The notes under the pieces were generated by a model, which saw only the letters and a program-made list of their open reading frames with translations, did not search any database and was not told the DNA's origin. This document shows positions 17,657 through 27,604 of a stretch of DNA of 64,000 nucleotides, in pieces (positions within the stretch are counted from its first letter, which is position 1; each line of letters opens with the position of its first letter). Position numbers and translations under genes: made by a program. The stretch is from Candidatus Enterousia sp. (GTDB lineage Bacteria; Pseudomonadota; Alphaproteobacteria; Rs-D84): contig JAZLBQ010000007.1 of NCBI GenBank assembly GCA_045613785.1, positions 64,001-128,000 of the forward strand. Direction: 5' to 3'.

Positions 17657-18439
17657 TTATGCAATATTGCTCGGTTCTCCATATTGTTTAATATATTGTT
17701 CATATTTTTCTTTATATGCAGCTTCTTCTGGTCTAAAACTGTGCCACGAACCAACCCAATACACATTTTTGCGTTTTACTTGTGCAGGATTGCCTGCAAT
17801 CATTACATTATTGCCCGGCATTTCCTTTGTAACGACGGCTTTTGTTGCAACTATACAGTCGTTACCAATTTTTGCTTTTTTAAGAATTGTTGCCCCTGCA
17901 CCAATCCATACGTGGTCGCCAATGATTAAATCGTGTGGGGTGTCAACATATTCGTGTGTTTCTGAATCAAAAACCAAATGTGGAATTTCGCCCAGTCTGA
18001 ACAAAATATCCTTGGACATCAGACAGCGTTTACCAACGTGCAGTTTGCAATGATGTTGTTCAACCAAGATTTCTATAGCTACTATACATGCCCCTTCATC
18101 AATAAATATTTCAGAATTACTTATTTCTATATGGTTTCCAATATTGATGTGAACTGACTGGATTTCGCTTGATGGCATAATATGGATTTTATTATTGTTT
18201 CCACGGATATGAATATTCAGTTTTCCTCCACGCACAGATTTTCCAACAGTTATTTTATTATTATTTCCATAAATTGCGACACGGGCACGAATGGTTTCGT
18301 TATCAATATCGATTTGATTGTTTACTCCGGCATTAAGGATAATATTTTTTTGCTTTTTGCGATAAGAAAAAACCTTTATTCCTAAAAAGTAGATATGTCT
18401 GCGACCATTTTTGAAACGCACTTTTTTGAAAATTTTCAT
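17657..18439 (-). CDS. LbH hexapeptide acyltransferase
   Basis: IGDHVWIGAGATILKKAKIGNDCIV...AGNPA. Confidence 0.85.
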   Translation of the reverse strand: MKIFKKVRFKNGRRHIYFLGIKVFSYRKKQKNIILNAGVNNQIDIDNETIRARVAIYGNNNKITVGKSVRGGKLNIHIRGNNNKIHIMPSSEIQSVHINIGNHIEISNSEIFIDEGACIVAIEILVEQHHCKLHVGKRCLMSKDILFRLGEIPHLVFDSETHEYVDTPHDLIIGDHVWIGAGATILKKAKIGNDCIVATKAVVTKEMPGNNVMIAGNPAQVKRKNVYWVGSWHSFRPEEAAYKEKYEQYIKQYGEPSNIA

Positions 18440-18478
18440 TTTTTCTTCCTTTGCTTTACATGCTTACGCATAAAGCGT

Positions 18479-19240
18479 TCATGATTTTTGTGTCGGGATA
18501 AAGTGTGAAAATATTCGTTCCAACCAAAATTGTAGTTTCTTTCCTGTGGACACTTTATCCTGGTTATGTGCAGTGATATATTTAAATTCCAGGTCACCAT
18601 TCGCCCTGTGTTCGCCAGGTGTTGGATACAGTGGCACAGTTTCAATTCCAAATTTCCACGCACAATAGTTGTATGATAATTGGTCTCTCTTTGAATGTTT
18701 TTCAACAAAATACCACCACAGTTCCAATAAATGCTTTATTTTGTTATGCTGTCTGAACATAACATTTGTTTCTGCCAGTCCCTTATTTGATGGATAACCA
18801 TCACGTTGTAGAATTCGCATTTGCGTGTCAACGACATTGTCGATATCAATTTTGAGCTTTTTTATTATTTCTGCTTCGTCAAAGATACAGTTGCGTTGTG
18901 GATGCAATGGGATACTTATTAAAACATCATCTGCAATCAGTTTATTGACCTTGCTGAAAATATTAGAATTATTCACAGAAATATTCCCGTCCAGCCACAA
19001 ACTATATTCATATTCAGGAAACAGTATGTGTGCATTTATTTTGTGCCAGCGTGCATTTTTGACATTTGTTGATTTGTTATATGCCAACGGTCTGACATCC
19101 CAGTGTTCGTATTTTCCACGTTCAATCAGATCTTGATTGTCTGTAAACAATACATAGTCCCAATTTGGATTTACATATTTATGTACCGGCACATTATCGT
19201 AACCGCCAGTAATACAAGTATAGCAAACTTTCTTGCCCAT
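18479..19240 (-). CDS. DUF616/TOD1-like glycosyltransferase
   Basis: VCYTCITGGYD, SLWLDGN, HPQRNCIFDE, RDQLSYNY. Confidence 0.8.
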   Translation of the reverse strand: MGKKVCYTCITGGYDNVPVHKYVNPNWDYVLFTDNQDLIERGKYEHWDVRPLAYNKSTNVKNARWHKINAHILFPEYEYSLWLDGNISVNNSNIFSKVNKLIADDVLISIPLHPQRNCIFDEAEIIKKLKIDIDNVVDTQMRILQRDGYPSNKGLAETNVMFRQHNKIKHLLELWWYFVEKHSKRDQLSYNYCAWKFGIETVPLYPTPGEHRANGDLEFKYITAHNQDKVSTGKKLQFWLERIFSHFIPTQKS

Positions 19241-19249
19241 CTCTCACAC

Positions 19250-20188
19250 CTATTTTGCGTGTTTTATGCGGTGAATAAATCCAACCGGCAGAAAACCAAA
19301 AAGTTCAACCCGATATTTTAATTCTGCTGCACCGCCAAATGTATCTGTCATACGGTATATTTTTATAATCTGTAATCCCAGGATACGCAATTGAAATATC
19401 GGCTTATATAATAATTTTTTTTCTGGTATCTTTGGCATACGTCCCAACCAATTTTGCAAGATTGGAAATAGTTTTTCGTCTTCGATATGTTGCAACAAGA
19501 ACGCTTTGTTCAACACTTTTTGTGCAATAGACTTCTTTACAAATGGACAACCTAAACGCAGTATCATCAACGGTTCGTGATACATTAAATGGTATGTTTC
19601 GTCCAAATATTTTTCTGTATCTAAGTATGCTGAAAATTTATAGCCACGTCGAACCGCCCGATTTGTTAATTGAAATTCATATTTTGCACAAATAACAGAT
19701 TTTCCTGCTTCTTTTTTTACACTGCAAATAAAATCGTTAAAAAATTCCGCTGTTGCAACGTGTTGACTTAACCCCACAAACCACGATTGCAGATGTTCAC
19801 AAATATTTTTTTCACGGTATGAAATCAACCCTGTTAAATCAACCCCACGTGATTCCAGGTCTTCTACAATGGGCTTCAAATCAAACAGTGGTCCCAACAC
19901 AGAATCATTGACCAGATAAACCCAATCATATTTTTCTAGTAATTTATTATCACGGGCCCAGATATACGCACGCTTATACGAACCAAAATCATATTCGCCG
20001 TGACGCACCGCATTTGCGTATAAAACATTTGGTATTTGCCTTACCTTTTCAATTTCGACATCGGTCGCATCATTGTCCATAACAAAGACAATATCCCCCA
20101 ATCCTGACAAATGATTTAAATAATACAACAAACTATCATCGATAATTGCATCTTTGTCATAACCTGCAAACAAAAATAAGCGTTTCAT
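19250..20188 (-). CDS. Rhamnan synthesis F-like polysaccharide protein
   Basis: LFAGYD, HGEYDFGSYKR, LVNDSVLGP, HLQSWF, PFVKK. Confidence 0.8.
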   Translation of the reverse strand: MKRLFLFAGYDKDAIIDDSLLYYLNHLSGLGDIVFVMDNDATDVEIEKVRQIPNVLYANAVRHGEYDFGSYKRAYIWARDNKLLEKYDWVYLVNDSVLGPLFDLKPIVEDLESRGVDLTGLISYREKNICEHLQSWFVGLSQHVATAEFFNDFICSVKKEAGKSVICAKYEFQLTNRAVRRGYKFSAYLDTEKYLDETYHLMYHEPLMILRLGCPFVKKSIAQKVLNKAFLLQHIEDEKLFPILQNWLGRMPKIPEKKLLYKPIFQLRILGLQIIKIYRMTDTFGGAAELKYRVELFGFLPVGFIHRIKHAK

Positions 20189-20301
20189 ACAATGCTCCTC
20201 ATAACTATAAAAACAAAAACATCATAAGAACAAAAGCCAATGATGTCAAGGTTGCTGTTTTTTGTTTTTATCCCTTCAGGTTTTGTGATATAATACTGGG
20301 T

Positions 20302-21264
20302 ATGAGAAAAAGAAACGGACTTATTTTTACACTATTATCAATGTTGGTGGCGACACCTGCATTTTCTGATTGGCAGTATCCTGGAACCTATGTCGGTGAT
20401 GGGTGGTATTCTGATGATGGAACACGGTTTGTTATATCTGCCCGTGGCGGTGCGTCATTTGGTATGGGTGGCGTGAAAAATGGGCTGGGGGCGGCATCAG
20501 TTGGTTACTATGTATTGCCTGATTCTGACCAGATTATTCCATGGGGGCAATGTGCCATAACAAACAGTTGTGATGACTTGACCTTTGCGGGTTATGCCGA
20601 AATGGGGCAGTTGCCAGCAGCCAAAGATTTTGATAGCTTTGCATTTGCGGCTGGTGCCAGTATTGGTTGGACAATTCCAAATCGTCCTCAGTGGCGTATT
20701 GAGGCGGGCTGGGATCATATTGCAGAAAGTGAATATAATTCATCGCCAATGTTTAAGGGTGAATTGGATTTAATTGGTGGCACACTGGGCAGGACATATA
20801 TCGAAAGTTTATCTGTAAATTCTGAGGTTTCAACCGATGTTATCAGCGTAATGGCTTTTTACGATTTTTTTGACGGTCTGCAAAAGCCCTCACGTCAGGT
20901 TATCCCATACATTGGTTTTGGTATTGGCTATGCCGACACGACGGCAATATTAAACCTGTATGACCCATATGGTGATATTTCTGCACAACAAGAATTTTCT
21001 CAATATGGCGAACCTGATGACTATGGTCTAACACAGTTTTATCGTTCTGAATATACAACTCCGAATGTTGCAGGTTTGTTATCATTGGGCTTGTCGTATG
21101 GAATAAATGAAACAATGTTCTTGGATTTTGGTGTTCGTGGGATATATTTGCCACGTGTAAAGTGGGAATTAGTCAACACAGAGCAAGACCGTCATCGTGA
21201 AGTATTCAGTGTTGATAACCTGATATATATAAATGCGATGATAGGATTGCGATTTGAATTTTAA
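20302..21264 (+). CDS. Outer-membrane beta-barrel protein
   Basis: Signal peptide, PYIGFGIG, C-terminal GLRFEF; terminator at about 21268-21289. Confidence 0.75.
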   Translation: MRKRNGLIFTLLSMLVATPAFSDWQYPGTYVGDGWYSDDGTRFVISARGGASFGMGGVKNGLGAASVGYYVLPDSDQIIPWGQCAITNSCDDLTFAGYAEMGQLPAAKDFDSFAFAAGASIGWTIPNRPQWRIEAGWDHIAESEYNSSPMFKGELDLIGGTLGRTYIESLSVNSEVSTDVISVMAFYDFFDGLQKPSRQVIPYIGFGIGYADTTAILNLYDPYGDISAQQEFSQYGEPDDYGLTQFYRSEYTTPNVAGLLSLGLSYGINETMFLDFGVRGIYLPRVKWELVNTEQDRHREVFSVDNLIYINAMIGLRFEF

Positions 21265-21369
21265 TCTCCGCCCCTTTGGGCGGATTTTTATTTAGTGAAT
21301 TTAATTTCATGGCAATTTTCCAAGATAAGATTAGGAAAAATAAAAACCTGCGATTGCAGGTTTAAATTA

Positions 21370-21447
21370 TGGGGCGGATAACCGGACTCGAACCGGCGAC
21401 ATTTGGTACCACAAACCAACGCTCTAACCAACTGAGCTATATCCGCC
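21370..21447 (-). tRNA. tRNA-His(GTG) with encoded G-1:C73 and CCA
   Basis: Cloverleaf GGCGGATATAGCTCAG...TTGGT-TTGTGGT-ACCAA...GTTCGAGTCC...TATCCGCCCCA. Confidence 0.95.
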
Positions 21448-21475
21448 ATACTTTGGGTCAAAAGACCTATTTTTT

Positions 21476-21550
21476 TGGTGGAGCTGATCGGACTCGAACC
21501 GACGAGATGCGTGTTGCATGCCATCAAGTGTCCAACCCGTTCGCAACCCT
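21476..21550 (-). pseudogene. Degenerate tRNA-Ala-like copy
   Basis: 3' 30 nt identical to the adjacent tRNA-Ala; ATGGCAT anticodon loop kept; D arm altered. Confidence 0.7.
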
Positions 21551-21557
21551 TTTGTTT

Positions 21558-21633
21558 TGGTGGAGCTGATCGGACTCGAACCGACGACCCCTTGCATGCC
21601 ATGCAAGTGCTCTACCAACTGAGCTACAACCCC
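21558..21633 (-). tRNA. tRNA-Ala(GGC)
   Basis: GGGGTTGTAGCTCAG...CTTGC-ATGGCAT-GCAAG...CAGCTCCACCA. Confidence 0.96.
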
Positions 21634-21983
21634 AATGCCGTCTTATTTTATATGTCTTGATGACAAAAGTCAAATCAAATTGCGACAAAATCGGAAAATA
21701 TTTTCGTGTCAGCAAAAATCCTTAAACTTTTGGGGCTTTTATTTGCTTGCAATAATGGTGCCTGTTTTTCCTGCCATTCGCACAGGCACCCCAGCGAACC
21801 AACAACCTGGACAATGAGGTCAAAAACCAGGCGGCAGAGGACTTTACACTATAAATAAGACTTTGTTCCGGCTTGTCAAGGGGTAGGCAGTGCTTTTTTT
21901 ACAAAGATTCTTAAATTCATATTTATTCTTGCCAAATGTCAAATCAATTTGCTAATCTCTGATATGTCTTTAAGGAGTATTAT

Positions 21984-22544
21984 ATGGATTATCAAATATT
22001 AAAGGCCGAAGTTGAACAAAAAACGGCACAAACAATCGAAGTATTAAAAAATGAATATGCGGGGTTACGCACGGGGCGTGCATCTGTTCATTTGTTGGAC
22101 GCTATTCGTGTTCCTGTTTATGGTTCTGAAATGCCAATCAACCAGGTTGCAACAGTTTCGACACCTGACAATCAGACATTGTCTGTAACTGTTTGGGACA
22201 TTACAAATGCACCTGCAGTTGAAAAGGCGATTCGTGATTCTGGCTTGGGTTTGAATCCGATGACTGCTGGCGGTGTTATTCGTCTGAACATGCCACCATT
22301 GACCGAAGAACGTCGTCGTGAATTGACCAAGGTTGCTGGCAAATATGCCGAAGAAGCCAAGATTTCGATGCGTAATATCCGTCAGGACGCAATGAGTAAA
22401 ATCAAACGTGCCGTCACAGACAAGGAAATATCCGAAGACGATCAGCGTAAATACGAAGATGATATTCAAAAGGTATTTGACAAGCGTGGCACCGAAGTTG
22501 ATGCATTGGCTCGTGAAAAAGAATCCGACATTATGTCTGTCTAA
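21984..22544 (+). CDS. frr: Ribosome recycling factor
   Basis: LRTGRAS, GLGLNP, PPLTEERRREL. Confidence 0.96.
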   Translation: MDYQILKAEVEQKTAQTIEVLKNEYAGLRTGRASVHLLDAIRVPVYGSEMPINQVATVSTPDNQTLSVTVWDITNAPAVEKAIRDSGLGLNPMTAGGVIRLNMPPLTEERRRELTKVAGKYAEEAKISMRNIRQDAMSKIKRAVTDKEISEDDQRKYEDDIQKVFDKRGTEVDALAREKESDIMSV

Positions 22545-22568
22545 TAATACAAAGAATCTGGAAAGAAT

Positions 22569-23348
22569 ATGTTTAGATTACTTAAAAAGAAAACTGCGAC
22601 TGTTGCACCTGTTTCTGCTGATGCACCCGTGCCACAGCATATCGCATTTATATGCGATGGCAATCGTCGCTGGGCGGAAATGCGTGGTTTGCCACCGCTA
22701 ATGGGGCACCAGGCAGGCATTGCAAATTTTGAAAACTTGGTTGATTGGTTTTTTGCGCGTGGTGTATCAACGATAACTTTTTTCTGTTTTTCAACGGAAA
22801 ATTGGAATCGTTCTCAGGACGAAGTTGATTTCTTGATGGATTTATTCCGCACAGAATTGAACAAGAATATGGAACACGCCCTGGAAAAGAATATTCGCTG
22901 TCGTGTTATTGGTTCTCGTGATCGCTTGCCTGCTGATTTGGCACGTCAGTGCGATGAACTAGAAGAACGCACAGCTGAAAACACAGGTGGCACGGTTGCT
23001 TTTGCGATAAACTATGGCGGTCAACAAGAAATAGTTGATGCAGTAAATGCTGCGATTGCATCTGGTCAGCCTGTAACAATGGAAACATTTGAAACCTATC
23101 TGGATACGGGGGATCTGTTGCCAATTGATTTGATGGTTCGCACCAGCAATGAAAACCGTATTTCTAACTTCTTGTTATGGAAATTGGCGTATGCAGAATT
23201 GTTGTTTGTTCCAGAACATTGGCCAGATATGGTCAAAGACGAAAACAAATGGCAATATGTTTTGAATGAATTTGCTAAACGTAATCGTCGCTTTGGTGGT
23301 GGTAAAAAGGCAGATTATTGTGGTAAAAATCAAGGTAAAGGGAAATAA
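22569..23348 (+). CDS. uppS: Undecaprenyl diphosphate synthase
   Basis: HIAFICDGNRRWA, FSTENWNRS, NYGG, RTSNENRISNFLLW. Confidence 0.96.
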   Translation: MFRLLKKKTATVAPVSADAPVPQHIAFICDGNRRWAEMRGLPPLMGHQAGIANFENLVDWFFARGVSTITFFCFSTENWNRSQDEVDFLMDLFRTELNKNMEHALEKNIRCRVIGSRDRLPADLARQCDELEERTAENTGGTVAFAINYGGQQEIVDAVNAAIASGQPVTMETFETYLDTGDLLPIDLMVRTSNENRISNFLLWKLAYAELLFVPEHWPDMVKDENKWQYVLNEFAKRNRRFGGGKKADYCGKNQGKGK

Positions 23349-23349
23349 T

Positions 23350-23994
23350 ATGTCAAATACAAAGCAAAGAATTGTTGTTGCTGCTGCAATGGTTGCTGTT
23401 GCGGGGCTTGCGGCATTGGGTGAATATTTTGGTATTCATTTGGTTCGATTTTTAGGGATTGCAATTGTTGTTGCAATGATTGCAGAATATATTGTCCAGC
23501 TACGTCGTGCACCAAAGGATTTGCTAATTCAGAATCAATTGGTGTTTGCTGGCTTTGCATTACTGTTGTTGTTTATGTTGTTATCAGCAAACGCAGTATT
23601 TGCCCGTCCGTGGATTGTCTTGCTGCTGTTTATGATAATCTGTGGTGCTGATGTTGGTGCCTGGTTTTTTGGTCGTCTGATTGGCGGGGACAAGATGTGG
23701 GAACGTCTGTCGTCTGGCAAAACATGGTCAGGTCAGATTGCAGGAATTTTGTGCGGCACATTTGCGGCTGTAATGTATGGCTTGCTGGGTGCGGATACAT
23801 TTATGCCACAGTTGTTGTGGATTGGAATCGGTGTGTCATTGTTGTCGCAATACGGCGATTTAACTGCCAGTTGGATTAAACGCAAACTGGGCATCAAAGA
23901 CTTTGGTACAATTTTACCGGGGCACGGTGGTATCATCGACAGATTTGATGGCTGGATTTATGTTTTGCCAATTATCTGGTTTATTATGTTGTAA
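23350..23994 (+). CDS. cdsA: Phosphatidate cytidylyltransferase
   Basis: SSGKTWSG, GDLTASWIKR..GIKDFG..LPGHGGIIDRFD. Confidence 0.93.
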   Translation: MSNTKQRIVVAAAMVAVAGLAALGEYFGIHLVRFLGIAIVVAMIAEYIVQLRRAPKDLLIQNQLVFAGFALLLLFMLLSANAVFARPWIVLLLFMIICGADVGAWFFGRLIGGDKMWERLSSGKTWSGQIAGILCGTFAAVMYGLLGADTFMPQLLWIGIGVSLLSQYGDLTASWIKRKLGIKDFGTILPGHGGIIDRFDGWIYVLPIIWFIML

Positions 23995-24024
23995 TGGTTA
24001 TCTTATAAGGAAAAGGGGATTAGT

Positions 24025-25092
24025 ATGCAGATTTTATTGACCGTTGTCGCATTATTGATTGTTCTGGGCGTGGTTGTTTTTGTGCACGAACTTGGGCATT
24101 TTCTAGCGGCACGTTGGGCTGGTGTGCGTGTTGATACCTTTTCCATTGGTTTTGGACCTGCAATTATAAAATGGCATGATAAACATGGCACGCTGTGGAA
24201 AATTGCATGTTTGCCATTGGGTGGGTATGTTTCCATCTATGGTCAAGAAGACATGTTCAACCGCAAAAAATATGCAGACTTGCCAGCAGATAAAAAGGTT
24301 GGTCATTACCTGTCTGTCCCTGCCTGGAAACAGTTTATTATAATTGCTGCCGGTGTCTGCATGAACTTTTTATTGGCTTGGGGGATTTATACGTCGTTAT
24401 TCATGTTCCAGCCACGTTTGGTTGCAAATTCTCAATTACCAGTTGTCGGCCAAGTTATCCAAGAATCTGTTGCATTTAATGCAGGTGTAAAACCGGGCGA
24501 CACGATTGTCCGCATAGATAACGCCAAGATAACTAATTGGGGGGATTTAATTCTGGCCAAAGAACTGGCGTCTAATCGTGATGCAGAAGTTTTAATTGTG
24601 CGTAATGATGCCTTGGTTCAGGTTAAATTAGCACCATCTGAACGCTGGGGGATTGTTGCAGACGGTGCACGTCGTGCCGACCCAGAACGTCAAGGTTTAT
24701 TCCGTGCAATGTATTCTGGTGCACGTAAAACTTACTATGAATCAAAAACATTATTGGTTGTTTTGAAACAAATAATCACGGGCGAGCGTTCATCAAAGCA
24801 GCTGGGGTCGTTTATCACTATTGCTCAATATTCTGGTTTGGCGATGGCGGCAGGTTTCTTTACATTATTGTCGTTGATTGCGTTATTGTCTGTAAACTTG
24901 GGCATTTTGAATTTATTACCATTACCGGTTTTGGACGGTGGATACCTGCTGATATTGATTATCGAAGGCATTACACGTCGTAAACTTCAAGGGCGTGGTA
25001 TGGAAATCGCAATTATGGTTGGTTGGGTATTGATTCTTGGTTTGTTTATCCTGACCATGTGGAATGATTTAGCACGTGTATTTGGGTTATAA
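24025..25092 (+). CDS. rseP: Intramembrane zinc metalloprotease RseP
   Basis: HELGH, PDZ domain, NLLPLPVLDGG. Confidence 0.95.
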   Translation: MQILLTVVALLIVLGVVVFVHELGHFLAARWAGVRVDTFSIGFGPAIIKWHDKHGTLWKIACLPLGGYVSIYGQEDMFNRKKYADLPADKKVGHYLSVPAWKQFIIIAAGVCMNFLLAWGIYTSLFMFQPRLVANSQLPVVGQVIQESVAFNAGVKPGDTIVRIDNAKITNWGDLILAKELASNRDAEVLIVRNDALVQVKLAPSERWGIVADGARRADPERQGLFRAMYSGARKTYYESKTLLVVLKQIITGERSSKQLGSFITIAQYSGLAMAAGFFTLLSLIALLSVNLGILNLLPLPVLDGGYLLILIIEGITRRKLQGRGMEIAIMVGWVLILGLFILTMWNDLARVFGL

Positions 25093-25094
25093 TT

Positions 25095-27368
25095 ATGCAA
25101 AAGATTTCTTTACTAACATTAGTTTCTTGTTTCGTTGCATCGAATTTATACGGTGCAACGGTTTCACGCATTAATGTATCAGGTAATCAGCGTATGGATT
25201 CTGAATCTATTCGTATTTTGTCTGATGTGAAAGTTGGTGATAACGTTGGTGAATCTAGGTCGAATCAAATTGCTAAGAAATTACAGGAAAGTGGTTATTT
25301 TTCCAAAATCAACGTCCAAATGTCTGGCAACACGTTGAATATATCTGTAACAGAATCACCGATTGTAAATATGGTTACTGTCGAAGGTAATGACGAAGTT
25401 TCGACAGATGATTTAAAGAAAGAAATCAAAACAGCCGAACGGACATCATACAATGCATCAACCATTGGTGCAGACGTTCAGCGTATGTTGACAGTCTATC
25501 AACGCCAGGGTTATTTTGGCACCAAGATAGAACCTCAGCGTATTGACTTGCCTGACAATCGTGTAAACATCGTCTATGAAATTACCGAAGGGCACCCAAC
25601 CTGGATTACAGACATTGATTTTGTTGGAAATGAAAAGTTTTCAGATCGCATGCTGCGTGGTGAAATTTTGTCTCGTGAACACGCCTGGTGGCGTTTTATG
25701 ACCCAGTTTGATACATATGATTCTGACCGTATTCAATATGATGGTCAAATGTTGCGTCAGTTTTATTTGCGTAATGGTTATGTCGATTTTTCGGTAAAAA
25801 ATACAGCCGGCACATTTACGCCTGACCGCCAGTATTATTCGGTTGTATTCACTGTTGACGAAGGCGATCAATATAAGTTTGGCAAAATAACCGTTGACAA
25901 TCCATTTTCTGATATTCCAACCGATATTTTGACAGACGTTATTGTTATGGATTCCAAAGACGTTTATAACGTTGACCAGGTTGATGAAACAATGTCGGCT
26001 CTGCGTAGTGCGGTTGCTGATTATGGGTATGCCTTTATCCAGGTTGAACCAATTCCAACCAAAAATGACGATGAAAAAACAATTGATTTGGTATTCAAAA
26101 TACAAAAGACCAATCGAATATATTTAAATTCAATCAATATTCTGGGCAACGTTCGCACATTTGATTCAGTGATAGAGCATATATTGCCTATGCGTTCAGG
26201 CGACCCTTTTTCATTACAGACAATCGAAGAAGGACGTCAAAAGCTGATGCGAACCCGTTATTTCAAAGATGTCCAAATGATTCCGACCCGTGTAGCGGAT
26301 TCCAATATGATGAATTTGGATGTCAAGGTCGAAGAACAACCGACAGGCGAATTGTCTGGTGGATTTGGCTGGTCTAATATCAACGGATTTATGGTTGATG
26401 CTGGCATCACAGAAAATAACTTTATGGGGCGTGGTCAGATTGTTCAATTGCGTGCCTCTATTGCCCAGTATCAGAAACAGGCATTATTTAGTTTTACTGA
26501 ACCTTACTTGTTTGGTCGTGCATTATCTGGTGGATTTGATGTTTCATATACAATGTATGATTATTCCTCATTGGGCAGTTTTGGTTATGATCGTGACAGT
26601 TTAACGATTGCGGGTCGCCTGGGGTGGCGTTTGACAGACCACTGGACACAAAATGTTCGTCTGTCTGCATCTTTTGACCAGAACTATGATATATATTCTG
26701 GCTGGCGTGATGCAAATCTTTACACATTGGGAACGAATTTTAGATATTATAATCTTGATACAAACTTTACCCAGAACACACACACAGGTGTTGTTGCAAA
26801 CCTAGGCATTGCATATACGGGATTTGGTGGCACAGAAAGTTATATGCGATACAGTGGTGATATTGTTGGTATGGTAAATTTCTGGGACGATCGCTGGCAG
26901 TTGCGTTCATCACTGGATTTTGGGTATATCCAACCGCTGGGGGACGATGATTATGTATCTCGTGTTTATCGCTATTTCTTAGGCGGTGAATCATTGCGTG
27001 GTTTTGATGTGGCGGGTGTTGGCTCTCGTTTGTGGTATAGCAATACGTATGCGCTGGGTGGATTGTGGAAAATCAACGGTTCAACGCAGTTAAATTTCCC
27101 AATATTTATTCCAGATGAATATCAGATAAAAGGCTTTGTGTTTGCAGATTATGGTATTCTGGGCAAGCCACCAAAAACAGACTATTATTATCCACGTGGT
27201 TCAACATTTGAAAACCATATTGATGACGATTTGCGGACATCGGTTGGTTTTGGAATCTATTGGAATACGCCGATGGGGCCAATGAATTTCAGTTGGGGCT
27301 GGCCGTTAAAGATGAACAAATACGACCGAGAACAACGTTTCTTACTATCGTTTGAAACCCAGTTTTAG
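25095..27368 (+). CDS. bamA: Outer-membrane protein assembly factor BamA
   Basis: POTRA repeats, LRGF, WNTPMGP, C-terminal F; synteny. Confidence 0.95.
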   Translation: MQKISLLTLVSCFVASNLYGATVSRINVSGNQRMDSESIRILSDVKVGDNVGESRSNQIAKKLQESGYFSKINVQMSGNTLNISVTESPIVNMVTVEGNDEVSTDDLKKEIKTAERTSYNASTIGADVQRMLTVYQRQGYFGTKIEPQRIDLPDNRVNIVYEITEGHPTWITDIDFVGNEKFSDRMLRGEILSREHAWWRFMTQFDTYDSDRIQYDGQMLRQFYLRNGYVDFSVKNTAGTFTPDRQYYSVVFTVDEGDQYKFGKITVDNPFSDIPTDILTDVIVMDSKDVYNVDQVDETMSALRSAVADYGYAFIQVEPIPTKNDDEKTIDLVFKIQKTNRIYLNSINILGNVRTFDSVIEHILPMRSGDPFSLQTIEEGRQKLMRTRYFKDVQMIPTRVADSNMMNLDVKVEEQPTGELSGGFGWSNINGFMVDAGITENNFMGRGQIVQLRASIAQYQKQALFSFTEPYLFGRALSGGFDVSYTMYDYSSLGSFGYDRDSLTIAGRLGWRLTDHWTQNVRLSASFDQNYDIYSGWRDANLYTLGTNFRYYNLDTNFTQNTHTGVVANLGIAYTGFGGTESYMRYSGDIVGMVNFWDDRWQLRSSLDFGYIQPLGDDDYVSRVYRYFLGGESLRGFDVAGVGSRLWYSNTYALGGLWKINGSTQLNFPIFIPDEYQIKGFVFADYGILGKPPKTDYYYPRGSTFENHIDDDLRTSVGFGIYWNTPMGPMNFSWGWPLKMNKYDREQRFLLSFETQF

Positions 27369-27429
27369 GTCTTGACGGATATTGGAAAAATTGCGTATAA
27401 TTTGAACATAAGGAAAAGGGGGAATACCA

Positions 27430-27576
27430 ATGAAAAAATTACTTTTAGGTCTGTTTGTTGCAGTATGCTTGGCTGGTTGTGGCCAGGTTTATGACCGTGA
27501 ACCTGTTGGTGTTGGCTTTGATAATAATGAATTAAAACTTAGTCCTTGTGCCTGCATAATGGTTTACCAGGCGTAA
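27430..27576 (+). CDS. Small lipoprotein, VirB7-like
   Basis: Manual ORF MKKLLLGLFVAVCLAGCGQVYDREPVGVGFDNNELKLSPCACIMVYQA; RBS and TTGACG-N17-TATAAT-like promoter. Confidence 0.65.
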   Translation: MKKLLLGLFVAVCLAGCGQVYDREPVGVGFDNNELKLSPCACIMVYQA

Positions 27577-27604
27577 AATCCTTTCGAACGGGCAGGGGGG
27601 ACAT

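Noticed and set aside
21370-21447. G-1-less alphaproteobacterial tRNA-His
   Set aside because: G-1 and C73 are both encoded, so it is the standard type
21288-21715. Several short ORFs
   Set aside because: They overlap tRNA genes
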